From positions 72,765 to 136,764 of the forward strand of contig CAVPSZ010000023.1 in NCBI GenBank assembly GCA_963708435.1: 64,000 nt of DNA, in the 5' to 3' direction. The notes under the pieces were generated by a model. That model made no database searches, was not told where the DNA came from, and saw only the letters and a list, made by a program, of their open reading frames with translations. A program made the position numbers and the translations under genes. Source of the stretch: an uncultured Bacteroidales bacterium. GTDB lineage: Bacteria; Bacteroidota; Bacteroidia; Bacteroidales; JAADJA01. Positions within the stretch are counted from its first letter, which is position 1. Every line of letters starts with the position of its first letter. Shown in pieces: positions 39,401-51,882 of the stretch.

Positions 39401-39597
39401 CGTGTTGTGCGGTTTAAATTCCATAAAATTGATTTTGTGAAACTTAGTGTCTTCGAGTCTTCGTGGCAGTGTAAAAATTTTGCCACAAAAACACCAAGGC
39501 TCAAAGATCCACCAAGAATAATTAAATTGGATATCAACCAATTAAAATGTGAAAAACAAATTTGATTCAAAATCTTGTGATCAAATCGCACAACACG
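39401..39597. repeat. 197-bp intergenic element bounded by 11-bp perfect inverted repeats
   Basis: CGTGTTGTGCG (39401-39411) pairs with CGCACAACACG (39587-39597), and there are further imperfect matches outward. The interior contains GTCTTCGaGTCTTCGTGGCAgtgtaaaaattTTGCCACaaaaacacc, a hairpin and word content typical of Bacteroidota intergenic repeats. That content produces the spurious ORFs at 39353-39541 and 39397-39591. Confidence 0.6.
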
Positions 39598-42464
39598 TTA
39601 TTACTAATTCTTCTGCCTCCGGTACGATTTTCTTCGTCACTTTTTCCTCGCCGCGCTTCACTACGATCTCCGTTTCCACATCGGGCTTCAGGTCGTTCAG
39701 GATGTTCATGAAGTCATAAATGTTATTGACCTCTTTGCCATTCAGAATGATAATAATATCATTTGCAATCAACCCCGCTTTTTCGGCTGGCCCTCCTGGT
39801 CTTACGCCCTGAATCTGAACACCCGGCTCATCGCTGCCGGCATAGGCCGGAATGGTTCCGAGAGATACCGAAGCCGCACCCTTGCTTGATTTTTGACGGT
39901 TTACTTTCACTTCCTGGTAAGTCAGCGGTTGTTCGGGTTTCATTATTTCTTTGATAAGTAAGGAAGAAAACTTTGTTATGCGCTGCATGCCCTCAAAATT
40001 GATGAATTGAACATCATCATTATAAGTGTGATAATCGTTGTGAACACCGGTAAAGAAACTTGCCACGGGAATCCCTTTCAGATAAAAGGAAGTGGCATCG
40101 GTGGGCAAATAGGGATCTTCTCCCATCACCAGGTTAAAACCCGAAACTACATTTTTCCTTTCGGCAAGTGACTTCCATTCTGTGGCAGATCCGATACCCT
40201 GCAATTCGAGGCGGTTATCTTTCAACCGTCCGACCATATCATAGTTGAGGTAGGCTTTGATCTTTTCTTTATCTATTGGTAATTTTGAAGTGAAGCTATT
40301 CGATCCGAGAAGCCCCAGCTCTTCTGCCGACCATAAGCAAAAGACGAGATTACTGGTAATTGAAGCGGGATTGTCTTTTTTCATCCCTGCGAAATATTCG
40401 GCAAGCTCGATGATCGTTACTGTTCCTGATCCATTGTCATCAGCTCCGTTGTGAGCTTCTGTTTTGTGTTCACCCACTGAACGGGAATTCACCTCACCCA
40501 ACCCCAAATGATCGTAATGAGCGCCAATGAAAATATAGGCAGCCTCCGGATTGTCAGATGGAATCATACCTACGATATTATTATCCTGTTCGATGATACG
40601 ATCAATTTTGGCGACAATCTTTACATTGGCGGCGGTTGCAAAGAGGTGTTCATTTACTTTTGGATCTCCATCTTTCAGTTTTTCCTTTAAAGCATCTGTT
40701 GCTTGATTCGATTTAGCAAGAATTTTATTCGCCAGTTCTTCGGAAATATTGATCGAAATAATTCCTGAAGTACCGACAATTTCATGACTTGTTTCGTCAT
40801 GGATTTTCGGAGATACAATCAAAATCGCTTTGGCGCCGTTCTGCCGGGCAAGCATTTGCTTGTAACCACTTGCAATGTTGCGCTCGAAAAGTTTTTCCTT
40901 TTCTTCATCCAGGCCTGAGGGAATTCCATCCAAGCACCATCACAATTTTATCCTTCACATCGATCTTTTCGTACGAATTGTATTCGTAGCCGGCACCATC
41001 ATTGATTTTCAATCCGTAACCTGCAAAAACCACTTCTGCATCAACCTCCCCATTCTCCGTTGATGAAAGCGGTATAAAGTCCTTATTCAATTCAAATTCT
41101 TTTCCATCCAAAACAAAATGGTTTGACCCTGGTTCGGATTTTATGTCTGCCGTAAAATCAAATGACCAGTAATAATCAGCGTGGCCGCCTAATGGCTGCA
41201 ATCCCTGTGCTTTAAAAATGCCGGTGATATAATCCGCAGTCATTTGAATTCCTTTGGATCCCGTCATGCGGCCACCTGTAGCATCCGAAGCGATATATGC
41301 CAGCTTTTCCTGCATTTCCGATTCGAGGATCTCAGGTTTGAACTGATAATTCAGGCTTCCGGTAGTGTTTTTCCGGAAAGGTGATTTTGCCAGTTGTTCC
41401 CGTGCAAAGGTATCGTTCCAGCCGGCAATAAAAAGCTGGGTTTTACCATCGGTGCACCGGCTGGAAGTCCAGACTAACTTTTTCCCATCCGGTGAAAAAA
41501 CCGGCAATCCGTCAAATTTGTCGGTATAGGTTACCCTTACAGGTTCCTTTAACCCTTCCGCATCAACCATGTAAACCTCAAAGTTTGTATAGCCAAGCTT
41601 ATTGGAGGCGAAAACGAGGTAATCTCCTGAGGGATGAAAGAAAGGTGCCCAACTCAAACTTCCGAAGTCAGTTAGTCTTTTTTCACCGGTTCCATCCACA
41701 TTAATGGTATAAACATCTGCCGAATGCCCGTCTTCACTAAACCTGCGCCAGGTAATTTTTTTCCCGTCATTTGAGAAAAATGGGCCTCCGTCGTATCCGG
41801 GAACATTGGTCAGTTGCTTTAGTCCGCTGCCATCGGCATTCATTAAATAGAGATCGCAGAAATAGGAGGGATCAACCTCTAACTTTTGTTGTTCTTCTTT
41901 GGTAAGCTTCGAATTATAGGCATAGCGGTTGGAACTGAAAACAATCAGCTTTCCATCCGGTGAATAAGAACCCTCAGCGTCATAACCCAGCTCAGTTGTG
42001 AGTTGTTTAATATCAGAACCATCCGGCATTGCGGAAAAAATATCCATTTCCGGTTCATAATCCCAGGCATATCTCTTTTTCTGTCCTGATGCCCTGAAAT
42101 CTAATTCTTCTTTTTGTTTTTTTCTTGCATCCGGATCGAGGTGACTGGAAGCATACTGTACCCTTTTGCCATTCCACTGAAAATAGGCACAAGTTGTTTT
42201 GCCATATCCGGGTGAAACCCTGTTTATATCACCAGTTTCAAAATCGAGAATATAGATTTGATAAAATGGATTGTCAGGCTCTTTTTCACTCTGGAAGATC
42301 AGGTAGCGTCCGTCTTCGGAAAAATATCCCTCACCCGAACGGTTACCGTCATAAATTAATTGGCGGGTATTTGAAAGAAATTTGTTTTCGAGGTTCTCAG
42401 TTTCCTGAGCAAAAGAAAGGATGGCAATAAATAGTGCCGGAAGCAAAAAAAATTGTTTTTTCAT
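39581..42464 (-). pseudogene. TolB-like beta-propeller + PA domain + M28 aminopeptidase + PDZ fusion protein, one frameshift near 40930
   Basis: 40905-42464 carries a signal peptide, PD40/WD40-like propeller repeats (SPDGK..VF.S.R) and the start of the PA domain. 39581-40933 carries the M28 block (GAHYDHLG...GADDNGSG...LWSAEELGLLGS) and a C-terminal PDZ. Removing one G from CTTGGATGG joins IVMVL-DGIPSGLDEEK. Confidence 0.8.
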
Positions 42465-42623
42465 TCGTTTTTAATTTATCAGTCTATAACACTGCTTTTC
42501 TTTGTTTGTTTTGTAAAAGACCGGCAAAATTAGGTTTTTTAAGAAAATGAGATTCAAATTCTTCAGTTTATCAAAACATTGAATTATTGAGTAATTTTAG
42601 GCCTGAATGAAAAACAGATAACT

Positions 42624-43988
42624 ATGAATAAACTTTTCTTCAAATTAATCGCCTTCATTTCATTGAATTTGTTTTTGGTTTTAACAGTTCAAACTCAAAA
42701 TTATGTTACAACATATGCCGGAACGGGAAGCGCCGGGTTCGTAAACGGGGATACAAGCGTGGCAAGCTTTAACAAACCATTTGGTATTTGCATTGACCAG
42801 GAAGGAAATTTATATCTGGCTGATGCTTACAACAATTGTATCCGGAAAATAAGCAATGATGGAATGGTGACAACTTATGCTGGAACCGGGACAGCCGGCT
42901 ATTTGGATGGACCTGCTACAGAAGCAAAGTTCAATCAGCCGATCAATATTTGCCTCGATGAGGAAGGAAATATGTACGTGTCGGATTTCCTGAACCAGCG
43001 GATAGGAAAATTTCTTCGGATATGATGGTCACAACCATTGCCGGTACAGGCGTTGCTGGATTGCTTGACGGACCTGCTGAACAGGCAAAATTCAATTACC
43101 CGAGAGGTATTTGTCTGGATGATACCGGCAATATTTACATAGGCGACTCCTGGAATCACCGTGTCAGGAAAATCTCTTTGGATGGAATCGTTTCTACCTG
43201 GGCAGGAGGCGGAACGACCATAGGCGTTCAGAGTGTAGGAGATTATGTGGATGCCAGCGATACAGCAGCGCGATTCTATACACCCTGCGAATTGTCTATT
43301 GATTTATCAAACAACATTTTTGTCGCCGATGCCTATAATCACCGCATCCGGAAAATTGATCCTGAAAGAATGGTGACTACTGTTGCCGGCAGCGGATCTT
43401 CAGGACCGGATGCCGGAGGATTTCAGAACGGACCGGCTGACCAGGCATTGTTCAAAGTGCCAACCGCCTGCCATGTCAGTCTGACCGGTTCGATTTATGT
43501 TGGTGATGGACAAAACCAGCGGGTTCGAAAAATAAGCCCGAATGGCATTGTCTCAACCTTTGCAGGTTCAGGAGAAACCGGATTTGAAAACGGTCCTGAT
43601 TCGCTGGCAACATTTAATTTTCCCCGGAGGATGCGTGATGGATTATCAGGCTCACCGATTGTATGTTGTGGATTTTAACAATCATGCGGTAAGGATCGTT
43701 CATTTATCGGAAATAACAGGGATTGAAAATAAGGATACTGACAAGGAGTTTTCAATTTACCCAAATCCGGCAGGAAATGAAATTCTGATTAGAGGAGGAA
43801 TTGATCAATCCAATCTGACCATTCTTATTTATCGTGCTACAGGCCAATTGGTAAAAGAAGAACATAGGTATAAAGGAACGCCTATGGTGGTAAATATCTC
43901 TGATCTTGAAGGTGGGATATATTGTATTGGATTTCTCAGTCACAAGGATTTTTTGGGTTATAGAAAGATCATCGTTATAAACAAATAA
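42624..43988 (+). pseudogene. NHL-repeat beta-propeller protein with T9SS C-terminal domain, 2 frameshifts
   Basis: Three collinear fragments (42624-43025, 43022-43678, 43542-43988). Each has NHL repeats (F..P.GI..D..GN.YVAD..N..IRKI...G.V.T.AG.G). The tail is FSIYPNPAGNEILIRG...LEGGIYCIGF. Frame breaks are near 43010 and 43625. Confidence 0.8.
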
Positions 43989-44010
43989 AACTAACATGAA
44001 TTTCAATAAA

Positions 44011-44040
44011 AGAGGCTGTCCCAGTTTTGAGACAGCCTCT
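44011..44040. terminator. bidirectional terminator between convergent NHL gene and giant gene A
   Basis: Perfect 10-bp stem AGAGGCTGTC (44011-44020) / GACAGCCTCT (44031-44040), flanked by AAA upstream and TTT downstream. Confidence 0.75.
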
Positions 44041-45599
44041 TTGTAATAAGTTCATTTATTAAAATATCAGGGCAACGTACTGGTTTTTCCAGTGTTAGAC
44101 TTCCAGGTGTCATTCTTATCCTGGTTCTGCACCTGGCCATTCAAGTCATAATCGCCTGCGAAGATAACCGCGTTTTGCCGCATCGGCATTCCAGACAGCA
44201 TTCACATCCTGGTGTGATGGTGACCTGGCCGTCGGCATCGCCATCACCGGCAACCATACCAAACCGTGGCGGGCTGCTGCCAATTTGCTTATAGCCGGTA
44301 TGTGCCGCCATATGCTTTGTTAAGCGATCGGAGAAGTCATAGCATATAAACTTCACCATCCAATGTTGCACCCTGATTACTCAATAACAGCCAGATGATT
44401 GCGATGATAAACAACTACATAACAGTGAACCCGACAATTGCGGATTACCGATCCAGGGAAGATTAGTGCCATCCATATCAACGATCGATCCGTCATTTTT
44501 AAGGAAGGCTGCTTTCCGCCAGAATAAGAATCACTGTTTGCCGAAGCGGTAGGAGCTGAAGCATCCCGCCATTCGATCAATACCCAGTCGACAACATCTG
44601 CTGGCATAGTTGTTACCTCTTCATCTACCTGGATAATTCCATGGTGAACCCTGGTAAGGCTGCGATAAGCGGCAACAGATCCATTATCCCTGAGGCTTGG
44701 TTTCCATCAGGTCATTGCATTTCATCATAAGGACCTTCAAGGAAGATCTTCGCATCAAGCTGCTTCGGGAAAGTCGAGAATGGCTCAGGACCTGCCCATG
44801 AGCTTTGAACAACCGGAGAACACTTGCTCTGAACATAGAATTCGTAGTACGATTCAGGAGTTAAACCTGTAATGGTCAATGGTTTCGTTGAAACATTGGA
44901 AAGCATCGTACCCGTTCCGGGTGTAAAGCCAGCCGGGCCATATTCAACATTCCATTCCTGTTTCAGTATCACCGGGCTCCCAATCGAGGATAGCTTCGTA
45001 TAGGTAATATACCTGTTGATCAGCCCGGATGGGTTTGCACAAAATACTTCACCCAGGGTAAAATCACCAAAGGCATCGAATACGGTAAAGTTGGTGTAAT
45101 TGGGTGCAGTGGTGGAAACGGTATTAATATTGAACCCATCGCCCCGCATCATCCAAACAGACCCTACCGGATTAAATCCGGTGACATTCAGGGTGAGTGT
45201 AAAGGTAAAATTAATGCCACCGGTTTGCGAAATAATCCAGTAATGATCAGCATACGAGGTTATATTGCCGGGAATGGTTCCCGGGATCGTTCCTCCGATA
45301 TATTCAACATCCACCATACTGGTTCCTGTCAGGGTTACATAGTTGAATACCATAGGTCCATAGGTCGTGGCTGTTCCAACCGGGAAATATCTCGACCCGA
45401 TAGTATTGTACCCGCAGCGCAATCTGCCGTAAATGTAGGCCGTTGCTGATCCACCAGTGATAGTTCCTGAAGGCATTACAATAAATACATAAGTACCGGT
45501 TGTAATGATTCCTTCGGTAAGGATCAGCTCATAGTGAACCGTCACATTTCTGTTCAGCAAAATTCCATAGGGGTTGTTGACCCTGAAGCGGTAATAGCC

Positions 45600-48500
45600 C
45601 GTTTCATTACTTCCTCCGATGGTTTGCTGAACCGTACCTATAAAATGAATATAACTTGTGCTATAAACAAATATTCCGTTATTGATCCAGTTACCATGAA
45701 TGTAATGCTCGTATGAACCTGCATCGAAATGGTTCGTTATGGTCAGGTCACCGTAAATGGTCAGTGAACCGTTTGCAGTAATGGTCCCTGTCCTGGCAAA
45801 GACAACATGATAGAAATTGTTCGTGCCGAGAAGCAGGTTCTGTGAACCCACAAACCGTATCCTTGAAGTTCCGTGGACAAAGGTGCCGTTATTGATCCAG
45901 TTCCCATAAACATAATGATCGTAGGTAGCTGCATCAAAATGATTCAGAATGGTCACATCACCATAAAAATACAATGTACCCGTTGCTGTCACCGTACCGG
46001 AGCATGCAAAAATAACATGGTAGAAATTGCCTGCACCAATAAGGATACTTCCTGAACCGACGAAGCGAATGGTAGAAGTATTGTAAACAAAGGTTCCGTT
46101 GTTGGTCCAGTTGCCATACACATAATGGATATAAGGCCCGGCATCAAAATAATTATTGATGGTCACATCGCCATGAATGGTGAGTGAACCGGTTGCTACA
46201 ACAGTTCCTGTTCCGCCAAAAATAATATGGTAGAACTCATAATCGCCGATGTATACATTGCCCGAACCACTGAAATGGATGGTAGAGGTTCCATAAACAA
46301 ATACCCCATAATTGTACCAGTTGCCGTAAATGTAATGGACATACGATCCGGCATCGAAGTAATTATTGATGGTCACATCACCATAAACATACAATGACCC
46401 GGTTGCAGCAATGGTTCCCGTCCCTCCGAAAATGATATGGTAGAAATTACTGCCACCAATCAGGATGCTTCCTGTTCCGGTAAAATGAATGGTTGAAGTA
46501 CCGTAAACAAAAGTTCCGTTGTTGGTCCAGTTACCATAGACATAATGGACATAAGCTCCGGCATTAAAGTAATTGTTGATGGTCACATTGCCATGGAAGA
46601 TCAGTGTTCCGGTAGCTGTTACAGTGCCGCTTCCACCGAATACCACATGATAGAATTCCTCAGGATTCAGGAGAATATTTCCCGTTCCGACGAAATGAAT
46701 GGTAGAGGTTCCGTAAACGAAAATTCCATAATTGTACCAGTTTCCATAAATATAATGCTCGTAAGAACCGGCGTCGAAATAAGTGTTGATTGTAAAATCA
46801 CCATAAACCGTAAGCGAACCCGTGGCTGTTATTGTTCCGGTGCTGGCAAACAGGATATGGTAGAAATCGCTCTCACCGATCAGGATGTTGGTACTTCCGA
46901 GGAAATGGATCGTGGAAGTGCCGTACACAAAAGTACCCGTGTTGGTCCAGTTGCCGTAAACATAGTGAATGTATGATCCGCCACCGAAATTAGCCGGTGA
47001 TGTTCACATTCCCGTAAATGGTCAGTGATCCGGTTGCCGTGACGGTTCCTGTTCCTCCGAATATCACATGATAGAAGTTTCCGGCATTGACAAAGCTGAT
47101 CCCTGTTCCCATGAAATGAATGGTAGAGGTTCCATAAACAAAGACACCATTTACCGTCCAGCTTCCGTAAACATAATGTGTGAAAGCCCCGGCATCGAAG
47201 TAGTTATTGATGGTCACGCTACCATAAAAGGTAATGGAACCTGTGGCAACATAATTTCCCGTACCGGCAAAGACAACATTGTAAAATTCATTCGTGTTGA
47301 TATAGATATTAACAGTCGCCGAAAAATAAATGGTCGAAGTTCCGTAAATAAAGGTGCCGTTATTGATCCAGTTCCCGTATACATAATGCGCAAACGATCC
47401 GGCATCAAAGTAATTATTGATTGTCACATCACCCCAAATGGTTAGCGAGCCTGTTGCTGTTATGGTGCCCGTCCCTCCGAAAATGATATGATAGAAATTA
47501 CTTCCGCCAATCAGGATGCTGCCTGTTCCGGTAAAATAAATAGTTGATGTGCCGTAAACAAATGTACCGTTAACGATCCAGTTGCCATACACAAAATGGG
47601 TAAATGATCCCGCATCGAAGTAGTTATTGATGGTCACATTCCCATAAAAGGTAATGGAACCTGTGGCGGTGTAAGTACCTGATCCGGCAAACACAACATG
47701 ATAGAATTCATTCGTGCTTATGAATAAGTTAACAGTCCCGACAAACGTGATGGTTGATGTCCCATAAACAAAAGTCCCGTTATTGAACCAGTTGCCATAA
47801 ACATAATGAACAAAAGATCCCTGCATCGAAATAATTGTTGATGGTCACATCACCATAAATGGTTAACGATCCGGTGGCAAAAACTGAGCCTGTTCCTCCA
47901 AAGACAACATTGTAAAAACTGCTTGCCCCGATATAAATGTTCACTGTTCCAACGAAATAAATGGTTGAAGTTCCATAAATGAACGTTCCGTTGTTGGTCC
48001 AGTTACCATAAATATAATGCTCGTATGAGCCTGCATCAAACGTACTGTTGATGGTCACATTCCCATAGAAATTAAGCGAGCCTGTTGCAATGAAAATTCC
48101 GGTACCGCCAAAGATCACATTGTAGAAATCGTTTTGGGTGATGGTTATATTCCCGCTCCCGATAAACTCAACGGTAGAGGAACCATAATCGAAAATGCCA
48201 TTATTTACCCAGTTTCCATAAACACTGATGGTGTATGTCCCTGCATAAAAATTGGTAGTAATGGTAATATCACCATAAATGGAAATTGATCCGCTGGCAT
48301 AGTATGTTCCCGTTCCGCTGAAAATAATGTTATAGAAGGTACTTGCGCCGACATAAACGGTTCCGGTTCCAACAAAATTAACAGTAGAAGTCCCATAAAC
48401 GAATGTGCCATTGTTGATCCAGTTTCCATAAACATAATGGACAAAAGACCCGGCATCGAAATAATTGTTGATGGTCACATTGCCATAGAATGTCAACTGC

Positions 48501-49060
48501 CCTGAAGCAATTACAGTTCCGGAACATGCAAAAATTACATTGTAAAAATTGCTTGCACCAATGGTAATATTTCCGGTTCCACTGAACTGAATGGTCGATG
48601 TTCCCTGAACAAAGGTTCCATTGTTGATCCAGTTTCCATAAACATAATGGGTAAATGCTCCGGCATCGAAGTAATTATTGATGGTAATGTTGCCATAAAT
48701 GGATAAAGAACCCGTTGCTGTGTAGGTACCCGATCCTGCAAAAATGATGTTGTAGAAATTGCTGATGCTGATATAGTAGGTTGCCGTACCCATGAACTGG
48801 ATGGTGGATGTGCCATAAACAAAAACCCCGTTGTTGATCCAGTTCCCATAAACATAATGGGTAAAGGAGCCTGCATTGAAATGATTGTTAATGGTCAAAT
48901 CTCCATAAACGGTCAATGATCCGGATGCTGTGATGGTGTCAGAACCGGCAAAAACAACATTGTAAAAATTACTTACACTGATAAAGATATTCACAGTGCA
49001 GTGTGAAATAAACAGTTGCCGTTCCTGGAATGAAAATGCCGTCATTGGTCCAGTTTCCGC
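45600..49060 (-). repeat. tandem array, about 16.5 copies of a 210-bp (70-aa) coding repeat
   Basis: Unit consensus: YGTSTIhFxGTGxIxIGxSNFYHIIFGGTGTxTATGSLTIYGDVTINNYFDAGSFxHYVYGNWxNNGTFV. About 6 copies lie in ORF 47780-49045, about 4 in 46990-47826 and about 6.5 in 44712-46928. Confidence 0.85.
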
Positions 49061-50516
49061 CCAGGGTGATATTGTGGTTGTTCACATCCAGCGTTCCGGC
49101 AATGATATGGATATTCCCGCTGATGCTGATCGCTTGTGAAAGGGTAACCACCATTCCCGGTGCATTGATGGAGATATTGCCCGGTGTGTTTTGAACCAGA
49201 GCATCACCCGTAAACTGGTTTGAGGTTCCTGTGAATACATAATGTGCTCCTGAGTAATAGGTTCTTGACCCGGTTACCTGAATATTACCAGTGTTGTTGC
49301 TAACTGTAATACCAGCCGAGGAACCAACATGAATGGTACCTCCGGCAACGATCCTGAAATGTCCTGCACCATTAACAACCGCTGTCGAATGCATGATCAG
49401 GGTTCCGTTGACAGTGAGGGTATCACCTGAAATGATTCCCAAATGCAACATCATTCTGCACTTCAAGGATACCACCTGCATCGACGGTCACATTTCCGAA
49501 ATCAACGGCAGCATCAACACTGATTGTGTGTCCGTCACGAACAACTGCAAGTGGATTTGGACATACAATACCGGCTGAAGAAGGATAATCAACAGCATCC
49601 ACCCAGGTGGTTCCGTTAAAGTATTCCCATGTTGCGATGTTATCCCAATCCCCTGAGTTTTTAGTTCGGTAGCGGTCTCTTCCTTCAATGGAGATTTGGA
49701 TTGTATCCGAAGATGCTGCTCCAGACCAGTCAGGCATACAAGTTACTCTTGCCAGTCGCCTGAACCAGGTGGTTGCGGTTAAAACACTCCCGTATGATAA
49801 CCCCTCTGAGTTGCTTCCCGGAATGTCATTGAACACCATGTTATCTGAAGAGGATTGCCATTTATATTCCAGTATACCAATATGTCCTGTGGCAGGATCA
49901 ACACTGGTAAATGAAGCTGGAACCGTCCCGAAGCAGATGGTTTGAGAGGAAGCAATAGTTCCGCCATCTGTGGGATTTGAGCAAGGCGCTCCTTCCAGCG
50001 TTGTAAAAGTTACCGGCCCTGCCCATGAACTAACTGTATTCTCATAGCAGGCTGATCTGACATAGAAATCATAGGTTGTATTTGAACCCAGGCCAAATAA
50101 ACCAAAATTATTGCTGTAAACATTGCTGATCAACGTTCCTGTTCCCTGGGTAAATCCAGTTGGTCCGTACTCAATGTTCCAGGCTGTCTCCATATTAGCC
50201 TGCGTCCAGTGCAGAATAGCCGAATTTTCAGTGGTATCCGAAACAGATAAAGCTGTGGGTTGTGTGCAGGTATAAACTGAAACCTGTTTTATCGTGGTAT
50301 CGGGGCAACCTTCTGCTGAGATCAGGATTAGCCTTGCATTATAAGTACCGGCAGCTGGATAGGTATGGGTAAATCCATGATTATAGGTGTAATCTGTTAC
50401 ATTATCACCATTTACGTCCCAGCGATATTGTGTGTTTCCATTTGTGCTGGTTGAAAGGTCAGTAAATGTGGTGCTATTTCCAAGCCATACATTATTTGCG
50501 CTGAAATCAGCCTGCG

Positions 50517-51882
50517 GAGTATGGCAGAACTGGTCGAGAAGCGTCAAACTCCATTTGCCGTTTTCATCCCTTATCCTGAGGAAAAGCATGTGGTTGCCCA
50601 TGATGAGCTGACTAAGGTCAACTTCGAAATTCAGGTCAGTCACATTCGAACTGGGATTAGGTATCGGAATTTGAATTCCTGAACCAATACCCGGATCGGT
50701 ATCAATGAAATACTCGGCCTTAGTTAGTAAAGGATTTAAAACGTTAACAACCTGTTTCAGGAATGGACGCCTGGAGGTCAGGCTCCATTTGCCTTCTGTA
50801 TCCTTCACCCTGACATAGAGATTATGAAATCCATCCGGTAAGGAACTCAGGTCAATGCTAAAATCGAGAACTGCATTGGATCCATTCGGGGTAATGGGAA
50901 CCGAAGTACCCTGTCCGAAACCTGGATCGGTATCAAAAAAATACTCAGCCTTAGTGAGCAAAGGATTTGGAACGGTAACAATCTGTTTCAGAAATGGACG
51001 CCTGGAGGTCAGGCTCCATTTGCCTTCCGTATCTTTTACCCTCACATAGAGATGATGAAACCCATCAGGCAACGAACTCAGGTCAATGCTAAAATCAAGA
51101 ATTACATTGGATCCATTCGGGGTTATGGGTACAGAAGTACCCTGTCCGAAACCCGGATCGGTATCGAAGAAATATTCAGCCTTGGTGAGCAAAGGATTTG
51201 GAACGGTAACATTCTGTTTCAGAAATGGACGCCTGGAGGTCAGGCTCCAATTGCCTTCTGTATCTTTCACCCTCACATAGAGATGATGAAACCCATCAGG
51301 TAAAGAGCTCAGGTCAATGCTGAAATCGAGAATTGCACTGGATCCATTCGGGGTAATGGGCACTGAAGTTCCCTGTCCGAAACCCGGATCGGTATTGAAG
51401 AAGTACTCTGCTTCAGTAAGCAAAGGATTTGAAACTGTTATCACCTGTTTCAGGAATGGTCTGCGGTTGGTAATGCTCCATTGCCCCTGCTGATTTTTAG
51501 TCCGCACATAAAGGTGATGAAATCCATCTGGCAATCCGCTGATATCAATGCTGAAATTAAGGTTGGAAAGTTCGGGTCCGGCAGTAATGGGAACATTGGT
51601 TCCGTTGCCCGGCCCGGGATCGGTATTAAAGAAGTATTCAACTTTCGTTAAATCGTACAATGGTGTGGTAACTGTGTTTTTATAAAATGCACGATTATGC
51701 GTAAAGCTCCATACTCCATTCTCATCTTTTGCCCTGACAAACAGTCTATGAAAACCGTCGTTCAAGCCGGAAATGCTGGTGCTAAAGCTGAAATTGCTAA
51801 GGTCGGGGGCGGGAGGTGTCACAGCCACCTGGGTTCCGGCTCCAAATCCCGGGTCGGTATCGTAGAAATACTCCACCTTCAC
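50517..51882 (-). repeat. six tandem 77-80-aa 'EYFxDTDPGxGxG' repeats; the middle three (50716-51408) are near-identical 231-bp units
   Basis: The repeats are read directly from the 867-aa translation. The antisense ORFs at 50855-51049 and 51086-51280 differ in only 5 of 64 residues, confirming the 231-bp period. Confidence 0.85.

Noticed and set aside
39353-39591. ORFs 39353-39541 and 39397-39591 as small proteins.
   Set aside because: They overlap each other inside the inverted-repeat element. Their Cys/His/Phe-rich sequences are typical of translated intergenic repeats, and they have no start context.
45600-49060. Could the regular 210-bp tandem array be a CRISPR or another non-coding array?
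   Set aside because: The period is entirely coding, with a conserved 70-aa unit in one strand and frame per fragment. There are no unique spacers between short repeats and no cas genes in the window.
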